A stretch of DNA of 64,000 nucleotides from Botryllus schlosseri (taxonomy: Eukaryota): the NCBI GenBank assembly GCA_051294905.1, contig CM119385.1, positions 16,182,001 to 16,246,000 on the forward strand. The letters are read 5' to 3'. Made by a program: the position numbers and the translations under genes. Positions 63,562 to 64,000 of this stretch are shown here, one piece after another; the stretch's first letter is position 1; each line of letters begins with the position of its first letter. The notes beneath the pieces are model-generated. The model had not been told where the DNA came from and did not search any database. It saw nothing but the letters and a program-made list of their open reading frames with translations.

Positions 63562-64000
63562 TTTTAAACAGTGTTAAAAAAATGCCTTTTTGCAAAAAAT
63601 AATTTTTTTTCTAACGTTGTCTAATTAAGCCACAATTGTGTAAATACGCCCGAAAGGCCATGCAGTGAACCTACGGACGATTTGCACCCAAAATAGTCGA
63701 GGTATACGATGCGGGGCGGCTGGAACTCTCGAAATCGTCGTCGGTACAACAGTTTCTGCACGTAGATATAGATAATTGGTACTGAATGGGTGTTCTGATG
63801 ATGATGATGACCGCCGACCGTCCAAATGCTTCATAACGATGTAGTCATGGTTAAGGCTTCCCACATGATCTCCTCGTTTTCCATCAAATGCCATGTCTGG
63901 GTTACCCCAATACCGATTCTTCATGTAGCGTGCGTAGCTTATAGTTCAAAGAGGGATGTAATTGATCATCACGATATTTTTTAATAAAATATTATTTCTT

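Noticed and set aside
528-63924. Most short ORFs in the supplied track
   Set aside because: 60-125 aa frames lying in TEs, introns or antisense to real exons; no motifs or splice support.
59400-64000. Sixth tetraspan paralog or pseudogene
   Set aside because: No TPGW, KVGG or WGYSF motif found on either strand outside G1-G5.

Overview
Eukaryotic, AT-rich animal genomic DNA with GT-AG introns, some only 74-109 bp. An ascidian or other marine invertebrate is my guess, not something the sequence proves. The core is a tandem cluster of five apparently intact three-exon genes for small four-TM proteins of the PMP-22/EMP/MP20/claudin superfamily (G1 on minus at 26.8-28.1 kb; G2-G5 on plus at 32.8-59.3 kb). 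All share phase-1 introns and a 153-bp exon 2. They are atypical: none has the ECL1 Cys pair, four carry a Cys cluster in TM2, G2 has a Cys-rich ECL2 insertion, and G4/G5 share a 150-bp identical tract (probable gene conversion) beside a divergent ECL1 segment. A three-exon orphan gene (about 197 aa, mostly disordered) lies on minus at 5.1-7.2 kb. Most remaining DNA is nested transposon debris: more than 20 hAT-type elements/MITEs, many with verifiable 8-bp TSDs, two CR1/L2-type LINE 3' ends forming an inverted pair, and a tRNA-derived SINE family. One 2.35-kb hAT-type element carries a decayed non-transposase gene with 17-aa repeats. CpG-rich tracts at 9.9-10.6, 14.5-16.6 and 20.7-21.0 kb remain unexplained. 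All models were made by eye; no searches were run.
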